Source of the DNA: Zygnema circumcarinatum SAG 698-1b
Lineage: Eukaryota > Plantae > Zygnematophyceae
Length of the DNA: 64,000 nt
Direction: 5' to 3'
Assembly (NCBI GenBank): GCA_037447605.1
Contig: CM074823.1
Span: 1 to 64,000 of the forward strand
In this document: positions 29,236 through 41,455 of the stretch, piece by piece
Layout of the letters: the number at the start of each line of letters is the position of its first letter
Numbering within the stretch: the first letter of the stretch is position 1
Made by a program: the position numbers and the translations under genes
The notes under the pieces: model-generated
The model's database searches: none
What the model saw: the letters and a program-made list of their open reading frames with translations, nothing else
What the model was told of the DNA's origin: nothing

Positions 29236-29594
29236 TGTTGGTGCAAGGAGGGCCAGAGGGCAGACTTCAAGGAAGGGATAAATACATGCCCGGATGAAGC
29301 TCAAAACTTTCTTCATCTTCCACTTGGGCCACATACCGCTTCCTTCACAAACTACCTTCCATCCACCCCTTGCCAGGTGCGCACAGCGGAAAACTAAAAG
29401 CGACACCTACAAGAACACTTCAACTCCTCCATGGTCTCGGCTCCTCAAGTCGACGCTCCTTCAATGATCTCCTCATGTGGAGCAACACACCGCCCATACA
29501 ATGGCTGCCTCCACTCATCCACCACGTCAATCTTACACGAGGACTCACATGACAAATGATGCAGTAATAAGGAGGAAGCCCACGGCCATAAAAC
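29236..29594 (-). mobile_element. Truncated LTR end (U5 side) of a related copia family, abutting the satellite and interrupted by Copia-1
   Basis: Begins TGTTGG (reads ...CCAACA on the minus strand) exactly where the satellite stops. GGAAGCCCACGGCCATAAAAC near 29574-29594 resembles AAAAGCCCACCGGCCGAAAACC in the Copia-1 LTR. Confidence 0.5.
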
Positions 29595-30509
29595 TGTTGA
29601 GATTGAGGGGTCAAAAACTGAGCCCCCTCTGGTCGTGTCTTCTCCCGTGTTGTTCTCGGCCATGATGACTACCGTGAGCAAAGCATGAACTGAGCGACAG
29701 TGTGTAAGAGAAAAGCCCACCGGCCGAAAACCTCTTCTTTATACAATGAAAGATACAACAGGCGCAGGCAGCAAACTACTCCTGGCTCTGGCTCTATCCT
29801 ACGCTCTCTACTAAGCGTTGCTTGCGGCTGCCCCTGACTACCACACCCTTCCTCAGACAGCTACCTACACTCGGGAAGCACTGCTCCGAGTGCAGTAGCA
29901 GTAGGCATGAGCCTCCCCATAAAGGCTCGGGTGATTCGGAGCTGCTTCTCGCTGAGCTGCTTATGTAGCTCGCCGGCAGTGATCTCGTCACGCTGCCTGC
30001 ATGCACAGGCTGTGTACAGACCCCCACGCGGCTCGTGGTCCGCCATGGCATTCTCCGTGCGCCTTAGTGCGCCTCTGTGCAGAGGTCTCTGCACAGGGTG
30101 GCATGGCTCAGTGGGAGGGGAGCACACTCAGAGTGAGTGCGCTTGACGCCAGCCAAGGCTGAAGCGTTTTCGTAACGCTGCTTCTTCGGTGTGCGCGCGA
30201 ACTAAGGCTACTTAACCGGGAACTCGTCCTGTTTCAGTTCCGAAGTCGCGCTGCTGGCTTATCACGTCGGGCGGCCCGCTTCATATTCCATCTCCGCCTT
30301 AGTCGCGCCGCGCTTCTCCGGCCAAGCCGTCTGCATTGCCCGAACATTTTGCTGTTCGTCACATCACGGTGGCTCATGATTTAACCTCGATCTCTGGCCA
30401 CGCTCAAGGCTGACCATCCTTGTCGCTACGCCCGCCTAAGTCCCAGGTCCTTCATGCCCTAGAGAGTCTATGTCCCAAATAGTTGTACGGTCTCTAGCGC
30501 TGTACAACA
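29595..30509 (-). repeat. Copia-1 3' LTR (~915 bp)
   Basis: TG...CA termini; homologous to 35119-35969; adjacent to the PPT. Confidence 0.85.
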
Positions 30510-30525
30510 ATCCCCCTCTTGGGGC
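30510..30525 (-). other. Polypurine tract of Copia-1
   Basis: Minus strand CCCCAAGAGGGGGAT immediately before the 3' LTR. The same motif precedes the Copia-2 3' LTR at 49881-49896. Confidence 0.85.
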
Positions 30526-30664
30526 TAGGCACGATAGGGTCCCAATCCGAGGAGGTGATTGTTCCCTCCACATTGTCGTCCCTTTAAACTCCCCTTCGGC
30601 CAGCATATCTGCGCCCATGTCAGCCGCCCGTACGAATGACACCGCTGAGTCTTCCAAAGATCCA

Positions 30665-31585
30665 CTAACCTCTCGCGGAAGTGGTACCGATCTTGATATG
30701 CTTGCTCTTCCGATGAAATACAGGGTTCTCAATGAGCGCGATCGAAGATTGGTTGTCCGACAGAATCTGCACCGGGAGTTGTGGTCGGTCACACTCATCA
30801 AAGAAGAGCGCGATCCACACGGCCTCCCTGGCTGCGTGACACGCGGCCATATACTCAGATTCGGTAGAAGATAACGCCACCGTTTCGTGCAGTTTCGAAC
30901 TCCAAGAAATGACGCCGCCCGCGTTCAGAAACGCGTATCCAGATGTCGATCTGGCCGTATCCGGGTCACCTCCCCAATCAGCGTCGGTGTATCCGTACAC
31001 TTCGCTGCCGCTCCCCCTCTCGAATCGGATTCCATAATGAAGCGTACCTTTGAGGTATCGAAAGATCCTCTTAACCGCTTCCCAATGTTGTACCCCCGGA
31101 TTCTCCATGTACCGGCTGGCCGTACTCACGGCCTTGGCGAGATCTGGGCGCGTTCCCACCATGAGGTACATCAGGCTGCCGATCGCAGACCTGTACGGAA
31201 TCTTCTCCATCTCCTTTCTCCCCGCTGCCGTCCGCGGGCTCATGTCCGCGCTGAGCTGCATGCTCCCGTCCATGGGGGAGGAGCACGGGGTACACTTCTC
31301 CATTCTGAAGCGTGCTAGCACCTCCCTAGCGTACTTCTCCTGGCTTAAGAACAAGCTGCTATCCTTTCCCCTCTTAAGCTGAATTCCTAAGAGGTACTCC
31401 GCAGGTCCAAGATCACTCATCTGAAAGCTCTTTCTCAGCAGGTCCTTGAGGCCCTGAATGCTCACCATTGAAGCGCTCACGATGATAAGGTCATCGACGT
31501 AGATGCCGACGAACATCTGAGCCGCTCCTTCTCCCGTCTTGTAGACCGAGTGGTCTGCTTGGAAGCGGGTGAAGCCATTCATCAA
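30665..31585 (-). CDS. Copia reverse transcriptase C-terminal half + RNase H (open 306-aa segment of pol)
   Basis: Canonical Ty1/copia RT-RNase H motifs: [79 protein letters not shown]. Confidence 0.93.
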   Translation of the reverse strand: MMNGFTRFQADHSVYKTGEGAAQMFVGIYVDDLIIVSASMVSIQGLKDLLRKSFQMSDLGPAEYLLGIQLKRGKDSSLFLSQEKYAREVLARFRMEKCTPCSSPMDGSMQLSADMSPRTAAGRKEMEKIPYRSAIGSLMYLMVGTRPDLAKAVSTASRYMENPGVQHWEAVKRIFRYLKGTLHYGIRFERGSGSEVYGYTDADWGGDPDTARSTSGYAFLNAGGVISWSSKLHETVALSSTESEYMAACHAAREAVWIALFFDECDRPQLPVQILSDNQSSIALIENPVFHRKSKHIKIGTTSARG

Positions 31586-32699
31586 GAGCAGTTCGTGTAT
31601 CTTTTGATACCAGATCCTAAACTTGCTTATGAGACGGTAAACTTCTCACAAGCTGGGTTTCAGGTGTCAGCTCCTGGTTCAGCACCGTCCCTTCAAGTTA
31701 CTTTTCATATGATGCTCTCCTCTAAATCCCCGTCAAGGAAGGCTGTCTTGATGTCCAGTTGATGGGCGTGCGGTTCCTTCTCAACCACGGATGGAAGTGG
31801 GAGTCGCGGGAGAATGAGACTGACAACATCAAAGCATTAGTAATGTATGCCGAGATTTATGCGCAAATCCCTTCACCACTAGCCTCCGCCTTATGTCTGT
31901 TACACTCCGTCTGATTTCCTCTTGATTTTGAAGACCCACCACTGCAACCTCCTGGCCTCCAGCACCGGAGGTGGCGGCTCAGCAGCGTGGTCTGCATGGC
32001 AGCATCGAGTGCACTCTTGATGGCCACCTTCCACTTGAGCCGCATCAGTGGCACTGCGACGCTCGGAGATACGTTTGCGGCTCCCATCATGCCATGAGGC
32101 GGGTCGCATTCTGGCAAAATGGGCGGTGAGGGAGCTCTCTCTTGCAAGCTCTTCTCTCCTTGCTCATGGCTCCTGGTAGTCCTGCTACTTACGGACCATT
32201 TCATTTGGTACATGTGCTTCTGTAGGTGGCTTGTCACGTAGTTCAGAGTGAACCCCTTTGCATTTCATCAAGGTAGATCCATCGTGGCGTGGAATCCAGT
32301 CCAGTCATGCTGGTCCTCAATTGCTTCTTCTTCGGGTTCAGTTCGCATCAGAGTCGTCGTTCTTCAGCTGTCTTCTAGGCGGGCAGCTCCTCTTGAGGTG
32401 TCGGGGAGGGATCATGCGGCGCCTCCGGGCGCCGTGCGAATTCTTCTTGCGACTCCGATGCCGCTGGAAACAAGGGGGCAGTGGTAGGGGGTGAAGTTGA
32501 CTCACTCCCAAAGATGTCCCTTACTGGAAGGAACTCAATGTCGGGAGGTGGCTCCACACCTGTTCGCATCTGCTGCTCTCCCTTGGAATTTCTCCATCGA
32601 CTTGGCACCGCGGCTTGACATAACCTTTTGGTGGGAAGGGTAGGTCCTCCCAAGGCTGTCGACGTGTGCGGGAAGTAGCCAAACTCGCTTCTCGGCTAA

Positions 32700-35100
32700 A
32701 CTTTTGTATCTAACTTGACCTTTGAAGGGGCTGCACACTAAGGCCCCAGACTCTTAAGCTGTGGCTCAGCTTGTTGGCTCCCACATTTCCTGGGTACTTT
32801 CTTCTCATCTTTAAGAGACACTGGAAGGACACCTGCGATCAGGCTGGGATGAGTGTTCTTCCCCAAAGTCAAAGTAAAGGGGGACTCACTCAGGCATAGC
32901 TCTGCATGTCAGCCGAGGATTCAATTCACCCTTAGCCGCGTCTTGCAGGCTCTTAGGAGGGTAAATTCATCTCAACTCCAAAATCATTTGAATAGGCAGA
33001 ATCTCAGGACTCTCTCCTCCATTGTGATTCAGATCCTTCTCTCAGTATGCCTTCTACCTCACTGCAGAGCCCAGGAAGGTCTCAAGCGCCTCACTTTTAA
33101 ACTTCACAGTCACCCATATCTGCTGGAATAATCATGGGGAAGGTGATGAAATGCCTTGAAGCTAGCCAACTTCAGCTGGGAGTGATCGAGCAGGCGTGGG
33201 TCAGGCCTAGGACCAACTCCAACGGCTTGGGCACGCGACATGTTCTCCCGCTCCAAAGCTCTTGAAAGGGTGCGTGTGTCTTGCCAAGGACGGCAGTCGG
33301 GGCGGGCGGCTTATCATGTCGGGATCTTCGTCGAGGAACCCCTCGACCGGCTGGCGAGGGCCTGCGGCAGCAACGCAAATGACAAGTCGGCGTGCCACAA
33401 TTGCAAGGCGATGCGAGTTTCATGTGCGGATTCCTGTTCTTCGATGAAGTACAACCGCGTGCTCTTCTAAATATTTCGACTTGTCATGTCCAGGCGGCGT
33501 CGGCTTCGGAACTTTATGAGTGGATCCACCTGAGCCCCAAAGCAGTGCATCGCGATTCCACTCGGTTCGCGTCCCTCCGCGGTCCTTCAGCGCATCAAGC
33601 GCGGCGGCTCCCGCTCGCGGTTTCCCTCCGGAGGCGCGGCACAGCTCCTTTGTCGCTGCTCCCGGTGCTCAGATGGGCAGGGTTGCGGTCATCAGATCCA
33701 CTGTGTCGGCATGCCTGGCGATCAGGTTCAGTCTCACACACTCCCTTGGCACGGGTCCTGTGCTCAGTGGCGGTGCCGGTGGTGGCACGCGGCAGGCTGC
33801 GGTGGTGAGCAGGCCATGAGGGCCGCATCAATCCTTTGCATGCTGGTGGCGCAGTGAGCAGATTCCTTCTAGAAGAAAGCCAGTCTCAAAAGTTAAATCC
33901 ATCCCTCTATGTACCTGCAAAGAACCTTCTGGTTTTTCTGTGGCTATCTTGCAGGACTGCTAGAAGACCCCTCATATCCGCCCTTAGAGCCTCGCTAAGG
34001 AGAAGATTATATCTCATTGGTGGACACACTACCAATCTAAGTTTGACAGCCTCCTTCTCCTGGGGCAGCAGACAAACCCACCATGAGTGGCGGAGACCTC
34101 ATCTGGGTTCCATCACGGCTGAGTGGCTGGTAGAGCAGCATCATCTATGTAAAGAGAGACTTATCACCACACATATGTTTAGAGGCACCAGAGTCTATGA
34201 GCCACGGTGACAGATTATCTTTATTCATAAAGATTTGATTTACAAATTCCGCTGGCTTGGCATCACTTGCCATGTTACAATATTGTGAGCCAATCCTAAC
34301 CCTGGGCAGCCAGCCAGTGGCCCGGCTTATCGTACTGAAAACATGGCATCTCCTTGCCCTTCTTCTTATCAGGTAAAGGACACCAATCAACACGTACCAC
34401 CTGGGTGCCTTCTTGGTACAACAATCGCTTGAGATGTCCTTGGCTGCAGTGAGTTGCGGGTGCCCCGAGACCACACAGCCCTCTTGGCAAGATTTCATTA
34501 TGCGAATCACCATGACGTCTTCGGGAGACGGCTTCTTTGCTCCCTTTGATGCGCTCTCTTCTGCTCTCACTCGCATCTGCACTTCCTCAAGGGTGAGCGG
34601 CTCTTAACGAGGCAGCGTTCAGCAAATTTATGGTTGGTGGGAAGAGCACAAACAAAGAGGCCTGTCAAGGAAGCTGGTGGGTATATTCCAGTAGTTCTCA
34701 ATTGCTTTAGAAATAATGACAAACTTATCCATTAGTTCATGAACCTGATGACATAAAAGTTGGTTACTTGACCTCCATCTTCGTCTACACCATCAATCAA
34801 TAAATGGACTTCAATTTCATGTCGATGGTGTCAATAATGGGTGAATTTCTACATTCTGGCGTGCCATTTTGAGCTCTCAAAGCATCTTCAAGGGATTCCC
34901 TTGGCTTAAGGCGATGTCATCCTCACTTGGGCGTCCTTCTTCAGCTTCCGTCTCTCCTGCTCCATCGGAGTAGGAGGGTGAAGTCCGGCGGTGGTGAGTC
35001 GACCCGTTGACGTCTTCAAGAGGCCCTTGCTATGAAGAAGAGTTGTCAGTATCCCGCGTACGTGTGGTTCCCGAAAGATAGGGATGGTGTGCGCAGTCAC
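32700..35100 (-). pseudogene. Copia-1 gag / protease / integrase remnants (multiple frameshifts)
   Basis: Fragments on the minus strand: gag ...KKDAQVR (34906-35100), a zinc-knuckle-like CFQYDKPGH (~34310-34345), protease WLIDSGASKHMCGD (~34160-34205) and a pre-integrase LWH motif (~33390). Confidence 0.75.
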
Positions 35101-35104
35101 CTAA

Positions 35105-35116
35105 GCTCTGATACCA
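35105..35116 (-). other. Primer-binding site (initiator tRNA-Met) of Copia-1
   Basis: GCTCTGATACCA is the reverse complement of TGGTATCAGAGC, located 2 nt from the LTR end. Confidence 0.95.
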
Positions 35117-35118
35117 CT

Positions 35119-35969
35119 TGTTGAGATTAAACCAAGAAGCTGAGCCCCTGCTGGTGGTGCTCTCTCTCCGTGTTTGTCGGCAGTGATGGCTGGGTCAGTC
35201 AGGGCAGACTTGAGAGACGGTGTGTAAGAGAAAGCCCACAAGAGGCGAGAAACCTCTTCTTATGCGATGAAAGATCAGCAGGCGGGCGCAGTTGCTCCAG
35301 CTCTGGCTCTCTGTGGCTCTCTGCTCAGCGTTCTGTTGGGGCTCCCTGGGACTTTCACACCCATCTGGGCAGCCTTCTCTCGGGAACAGTGCTCCCGGCT
35401 GCAGTCCACAGGCACAGACCTCCCCATAAAGGCTCAAGTGATTCTCGATACTAAGCTTCTCCAGGCGGAGGCGGCTTGTGTAGCTTCAAGGAGCTCATGA
35501 CCACAGCCCACCTGCATGCGCAGGTGTCCCAGGGCCCCTACGTGGGCTGGTGTCCAGCCATGGCATTGTCAAGTGCACCTTAGTGCGCCCTATCTCCAGA
35601 GGGTGTGTGCGCAGGGTGGCATGCGCTGGTGGGAGGGGAGCACTGAGTGAGTCGTGTCGCAGGCGCTGGCCGTGAAGCGCGGCTTCTCGTGTGCGCGAAA
35701 CTCCAGCGCGCACCCACTGAAACTCGTCCTAAGTTCAAGTCCGATAACGCAGAGTATTTGTAGTGTTAGCAACTCACGGTCGTCCATACACCCGGACATT
35801 TCGATTCGGTTCAGTCACGTCACGTGCATGATGACCTCGGGATTTGGCGTCGCGCCCGCGCGACCATCCTGCTCCATTTGGCGTCAACGCCTGAGTCCCG
35901 GGTCCTTTGGTGTCCTGAGAGTTGTCTCCTGCCGGGCAGTTGTGCGGCCTTGTGGCGGCCTGTACAACA
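35119..35969 (-). repeat. Copia-1 5' LTR (~850 bp)
   Basis: Starts TGTTGAGATT, ends TGTACAACA; colinear with 29595-30509. Confidence 0.85.
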
Positions 35970-36379
35970 AGTGGTCGAATCCGACGGAAGCAAAGGCTGG
36001 ATTTTGAGCGTGTAAGCCCGGGGGTGGGCGACGCAGGATTAGGAGTCGGATCAGGCCCTTTAGGGGCCGTAGTACGATGTTGTTAGCTTCGTCACAGGCT
36101 GTGTGTCACGTGTGTAGTGACATAGTACTTGAGGATTGGCTTTTGTTATGTGGGGTAACAATTCATTCGCGGCTGTAGTAGTCTGTTCTGGTACCAACTA
36201 CGTGTTGGGCACTCTCACTTACTCGGTGTGATAGTAAGTGGGGATTCTTGGGTAGCCGTTTCAAAGGGGTCTCTCAATGTATGAGTGAATTCACTATTAA
36301 GGAGTTTTAGAGCAGGAGCTTTCTCCTATTCATTTCTCCACTGTTATTCGGCTGTCATTATTCTTTGTGATTCACTCTG

Positions 36380-38575
36380 TGAGTAAAATGGGCTATAGTG
36401 AATGTGAGGGTTTGAAGATATGTCATGATGGAGTTGGAATCAGAACTCCATTGGTGACCCGAATGGAGGAGCGGGCCGGGCTGCCGGTGGAGGTCCACTG
36501 CACCAGCAGGTACCTCATGGTGGGAGCGGCGTCCAAATCTCGCCAAAACCGTGAGAATGCGACTGCCGTTACATATGGGTATCGAGAACAACTTGAGGCG
36601 GTTAAGAGGATAACTTCGATACCTCAAAGGTAAACAATGGCATCAATTCGAGAGAGGGAGGCGGCGGCCCGAAGTGTCTGGAATACACAGCCGGTGGGGA
36701 GGTGACCGGATCTGCGACCGTCGACATCTGGATCACGTCATTTACGAGCGCCCAGTGGCGTCATTTCTTGGAGTTGAAACTGCAAAGCGGTAGCGATATC
36801 TTCTCACCGAATGGAGTACATGGGCTGGCGATAATCCCGCACCCAGCCGAGGGGCTTAGGTAATGGATCGCTCTTCTTTGATGAGTGTGACCGACCACAA
36901 CTCCCAGTGCAGATTCTGTTGGACAACCAATCTTCGATCGCGCTTATTGAGAACCCTGTATTTCATCGGAAGAGCAAGCATATCAAAATCCAGTATCACT
37001 TCACAAGAGAGTTAGTGGATCTTTGGCGGAGATCGCGGTGTCGACCGATGCGGGCGGTGACATGGGCGGATATCTCGCTGAAATAGAAGGGGGGATTCCA
37101 GGGACCGACCAATGTGGAGAAGAACAATCACCTCCCTCAGTTAGGACCTACAATAAATTTTCAAGCCCCAGGGATTAATTTATCTCAGTAGTAGGAACCG
37201 TACAATATTTGGGACATAGACTTTCAGGGCATGAAGGACACAGGACTTGAAGCGCTGAGGCGCTAAGCGACAAGGATGGTCAGCGGTAGCCCAGGCAGCG
37301 AAAAGTCCTAGGTTAAATCATCAATGCCGTGGCGTGACGAACTGAAACAAATGTTGGGGCATGGACGTGGCGGCGACGCTGACTAAGGAAGCGAGGAGGG
37401 TGGAATGTGAGCGAACAGCGTGACAAATACTGGCGTCTTGTGACGGAGCTGAAACTTAGGACGAGTTTAGGTGCATAAAGGTTACCTACCCAGCACGGAA
37501 AGCCGCGTTTGAAAACTTCATGTAGCTGGCGGCGTCGAGGAAGCTGATGCGGCTCCCCTCCCATTGAGCCTTGCCACCACGTAATGCGAGAGACATCTGC
37601 GAGCTACTAAAACACAGCGAGAATGCCATGGCCGGACACAAGCCCGCGTGGGGAATTAATGCGGCTGTCGCATCTTTACGGCGGCCGTGACGGTCGCGGC
37701 CGGTGACCCATAAGCTGCTCCACGGGGGAGAAGCAGCATCGAAATCACCCAGAGCCTTTATGGGGAGGCTCATGCCTCTTCTTGCACTTCCGGGCCGATT
37801 AGCCAGCGGTGTAGGTAACATGTGAGCGGTATACATGGAGTGTGACCTGATAACTACGTTAGCGATTTGCCCTTTTAAGCAAAATTGCTTACTTAAGGGT
37901 AGATACCGGGGAGGTCCACGAGGTTGAACCACTTCTGAGGCGTGGTTTGTTGTTACATTGTTATCGAGCCTAAGGGCGGTATTTGCAATCCACCCTAAAA
38001 ACACCGTGATCTCTGAGCATGGTACGGATTGGTTGAGCTGTGGCAGCCAAGTCCGTAGGTCCATATGATGAAGGAGCTTAGACGCGCTTGTGAAAACCCT
38101 TGAGTGTTGTGCTCGAGGGGCCGAGCCACCGCGGTTTAAGGTGCAAGGGAATGTAGCGAGCGGTATCGTGGAGTGTATGACTAATACTAAATCCCTTGAT
38201 TTGCCTTTTAATGGTAAAAGCATGGGTGATACGAGAAGGTCGGGGAATTCGAACCACTGGCGGAAGCGTGGTTTATTCTGATAAACTGTCGAGGAAGGGG
38301 TGTGTATTACAGTCGGGGGCGACCCATGGCTAACTTGATTAATGTGGCGTAGGATGAGCGAGGCGAGGGAGTAGTTCTTTGCTGCGTCTGATTGTATCTT
38401 TCATTGTATAAAGAAGAGGTTTTTAGGCGGTGGAAGCTTTCTCCTTACCTGCTTGTCTCTCGATTGCCTAGCTTTGGAGAACCGCGGTAGTCATCATGTG
38501 GGGCAAACCCGCGGAGAACTTACCCGGAAGGAGCCGGGGAAAGGGGGCTAAGTTTTTTGACCCTCCAGTCACCGG
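36380..38575 (+). mobile_element. 5'-truncated, error-rich copy of Copia-1 (RNase H region + 3' LTR) in opposite orientation; LTR interrupted by a TRIM
   Basis: 36860-37020 is nearly identical to the reverse complement of 30670-30810 (GACAACCAATCTTCGATCGCGCTTATTGAGAACCCTGTATTTCATCGGAAGAGCAAGCATATC). 37180-37820 and 38287-38575 match the reverse complement of LTR 29595-30509. Confidence 0.85.
37821..38285 (+). mobile_element. TRIM copy 1 (LTR 37821-37957, PBS-like 37958-37970, PPT ~38138-38151, LTR 38152-~38285) inserted in a copia LTR
   Basis: Direct repeats of ~135 bp starting TGT(G)AGCG, the first ending GTTACA. TTGTTATCGAGCC follows it (degenerate TGGTATCAGAGC). Purine-rich AAGGTGCAAGGGAA precedes the second repeat. 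The host LTR (...GTGTAGGTA|...|TGTC.GAGGAAGGG) resumes afterwards. Confidence 0.75.
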
Positions 38576-40693
38576 CGGCCTGGTGCCTCGTGCCTCGTGC
38601 CTCGCCTTGTGCCTCGTGCCTCGCCTCGTGCCTCGTGCCTCGCCTCGTGCCTCGTGCCTCGCCTAGTGCGCAGGCGCACCGCTGCGTGCGCATTGCTCGC
38701 ACAGTGCACCGTGCCTGGCACCGTGCCTGCGTGCCTGCGCTACCGTGCCTGCGTGCCTGCGCCCATTGCCTGCGTGCCGCCTGGAGTACTTTGTGGCTGC
38801 GCGTGCCTCGTACCTCTCTCGTGCCTCGTGCCTGCGCCTCGTGCCTCGCGCCTCGCCAAGTGCCTGCGTGCCTCGCCTGCGTGCCTGCCGTGCGCACGCA
38901 CAGTGCACCGTGCTCGCACGGTGCCTGCGTGCCTTGCCTGCGTGCCTCGTGCCTCGCCCACCGTTACTTTTTCTAGTACTTTTCCTTTTAGGTGCCTGGG
39001 TGTCTCGCTGGTGCCTGGGTGCCTCAGCCTCGCCCTAGTGCCTGGTGCCTGCCTGTGCCTCGTGCCTCTCTAGTGCCTGGAAGTGCCTCGCCTCGTGCCT
39101 GGGTGCACCAGCCTCGTGCATCATTGCACCAGCGCCTGCGCCCCAGTGCCTCGTGCCTGCGCCTGCGTGCCTCGTGCCTCTCAGTGCCTGCGTGCGGGTA
39201 CTTACCGTGCCTGCGTGCCTCGCACCGTGCCTCGTGCCTCACCCCAGTGCAAGTGCGCCTCGTGCCTGTGCCTGCGCCTGAGTGCTTCGTGCCTCGCCTG
39301 GGTGCCTGCGTGCCTCGCCTGCGTGCCTGCGTGCCTTTCTTAGTGCCTCGTGCCTCGCCTAGTGCCTCGTGCCTCGCCTCGTGCCTCGTGCCTCGCCTCG
39401 TGCCTTGTGCCTCGCCTCGTGCCTCGTGCCTCGTGCCTCCCCTCGTGCCTCGTGCCTCGCCTGCGTGTCTCATTGCCTAAGCCTGCGTGCCTGTTACTGC
39501 GCCTGCGTCGCGTGAGTGCCTCGCCCTAATTACCACGTGCTGCTCGCCTGCGTGCCTGCGTGCCTGCGCCTGCGTGCCTGCGTGCACCGTGCCTGCGTGC
39601 CTGCGTGCCTCGCCCCAGTGCCACCGTGCCTCGCCTGCGTGTTACCGTGCCTCACCTGCGTGCACCGTGCTTTCGCCTGCGTCGTCGTGCCTCACTAGTG
39701 CCTCGTGCCTCGCCACCGTGCCTCGTGCCTGCGCCTACGTGCCTGCGTGCCTGCGCCTGCGTACCTGGAGTGCCCTGCGCTAATGCACGCCTGCGCTGGT
39801 GCCTGCGTGCCTGCGCCTGCGTGCACCGTGCCTTGCACAGTGCCCACCGTGTGCCCCGCCCACCGTGCCTAGAGCTGCCTCACCTGCGTGCCTCGTGCCT
39901 GCTTCCCAGTGCCTGGAAATTGCCTGCTTAGCCTCCTTCGTGCCTGCGCCTCGTGCCTCGTTCCTGTACCTCGTCGTGCCTGCGTGCCTGCTTTAATTGC
40001 CTCGTGCACCACTTCGTGCCTCGTGCCGCGCACCGTGCCTGCATTACCTGCGCCTGCGTGCCTGCGTGCGCACCGCTGAGTGCCTGCGTGCCTCGCCACC
40101 GTGCCTGCGTGCCTGCGCTGAGTGCCTGCGTGCTCACTGAACCTCGTGCCTCTGCCTCGTGCCTGCGTGCCTGCGCCTGCGTGCCTGCGTGCCTGCGCCC
40201 CATTGCCTGCGTGCACTGCGCCTGCGTGCGCTGCCGCCCTGCGTGCCTCACGTGCCTCATTACTTTCGCCTCGTGCCTGCGTGCCTGCGCCTCGTGCCTG
40301 CAGCCTGCGCCAAGTGCCTGCGTGCCTCACCTGATGCCTCGTGCCTTGCACAGTGCCTTGTGCCTCGTATGGTGCCTGCGACGCGCCTGCGTGCCTGCGT
40401 GCCTGCGCCTGCATTACACCGTGTCGCCCTAGTGCCTGTTACTCGCCTGCGTGCCTTGTGCCTGCGCCCTGCGTGCCTGTGCCTGCGCCTGCGTGCCTGG
40501 CGCCTCGCTGAGTGCCTGCGTTACTTTTCATACCATTGCCTGCGTGCCTCTCTGTGTAGTGCCTCGTGCACCGCCTGGGTGCCACCGTGCCTCATGCCTG
40601 CGCCTGCGCACCGTGCCTGGCCTGGTGCCTGCGTGCTTTGCACAGATGCCTGCGTGCACCGCCTGCGTGCCTCGTGCCTGCGCCTGCGTGCCT

Positions 40694-40827
40694 TGTAAGC
40701 AGCATATACTCATGGAATTTGTATGGCCAGAGTACTACGTCCATGATTTGCCTTTTAATGGTAAAGCACATGTGTGGAGATGCAGGGAGGTCTTGAGTTC
40801 GAATACTAACAGGCGAGGTTACTTACA
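40694..40827 (+). mobile_element. TRIM solo LTR (134 bp) with 5-bp TGCCT flanking duplication
   Basis: TGTAAGC...TTACTTACA flanked by TGCCT on both sides (40689-40693, 40828-40832). Contains TTGCCTTTTAATGGTAAAGCA and GGAGGTCTTGAGTTCGAAT. Confidence 0.8.
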
Positions 40828-41002
40828 TGCCTCGTGCCTACGCCTGCGCACCATTGCCTCTCCCACAGTGACTCGTGCCTGCGCTGAGTGCACGGTGCTG
40901 CACAGTGCCTGCCGTGCCTGCGCCTGCGTGCCTGCGTGCCTGCGTGCCTGCCTGGGTGCCTGCGTGCCTGCGCGCAGTGCCTGGTGCCTGCAAGCCTGCG
41001 TG

Positions 41003-41455
41003 TGTAGCGGCGCTATACATGGGTTGGCAATAAGCAGGAAATCACTACATCATGGTTGCCTTTTAATGGTAAAAGCACTTAGGTGAATCTTTGGGAGGTC
41101 ACGAGTTCGAACCTATACTGCCAGGCAGCGGGTTGCGTTATTAGTATGGGGAACGAGGGCCCATTATTTGCAATCCACCCTAAAAAGCTGCAGGTGATCT
41201 CGAGCATGAATGCGGTTGGCAATGGGGGAGTGCAGATAGTCAACACATGTGTTAGCCAGGCTTGAAACGGTTGCTGTGAAAAACCTTGTTGCTTCGGGCA
41301 GGCAGGAACAGGTGGGGAGGAATGTAGCGCTATACATGGAGTTGTATATGGCAGTACTTACATCATGATTTGCGCACAATGGTAAAAGCACTTAGGTGAT
41401 GAATCTTGCGGGAGGTCACGAGTTAGAACCTGCTTTGCGGCGGGTTAAATTTATC
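41003..41455 (+). mobile_element. TRIM copy 2 (LTR 41003-~41141, internal ~180 bp, PPT 41310-41322, LTR 41323-~41455)
   Basis: Two TGTAGCG-initiated direct repeats. Internal ATTTGCAATCCACCCTAAAAA is shared with copy 1. PPT AGGTGGGGAGGAA lies directly before the second LTR. Confidence 0.8.

Larger units (their letters stand above)
29595..35969 (-). mobile_element. Ty1/copia LTR retrotransposon (Copia-1), full-length layout, frameshifted
   Basis: Two LTRs, both bounded by TGTTGAGATT...TGTACAACA on the plus strand. PBS and PPT are in correct minus-strand positions. Domain order on the minus strand is gag - protease (WLIDSGASKHM) - integrase - RT - RNase H, which is the copia order. No TSD visible (AAAAC vs AGTGG). 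Confidence 0.9.

Noticed and set aside
1102-29397. Repetitive 58-aa ORFs (MHKKFESI.../MQKKFESIRRSPYSVMDRLVTRATRFF..., up to 308 aa) as a repeat-protein gene family
   Set aside because: 174 is divisible by 3, so one stop-poor frame of the satellite stays open by chance. Stops and frameshifts appear freely among monomers.
29590-35974. Target-site duplication and insertion age for Copia-1
   Set aside because: The flanks AAAAC and AGTGG do not match, and LTR differences are confounded by sequence error.
41051-41125. Functional tRNA gene
   Set aside because: A/B-box-like arms are present, but there is no convincing acceptor stem or anticodon arm. The segment sits inside repeated TG...CA LTRs, so it is treated as tRNA-derived.
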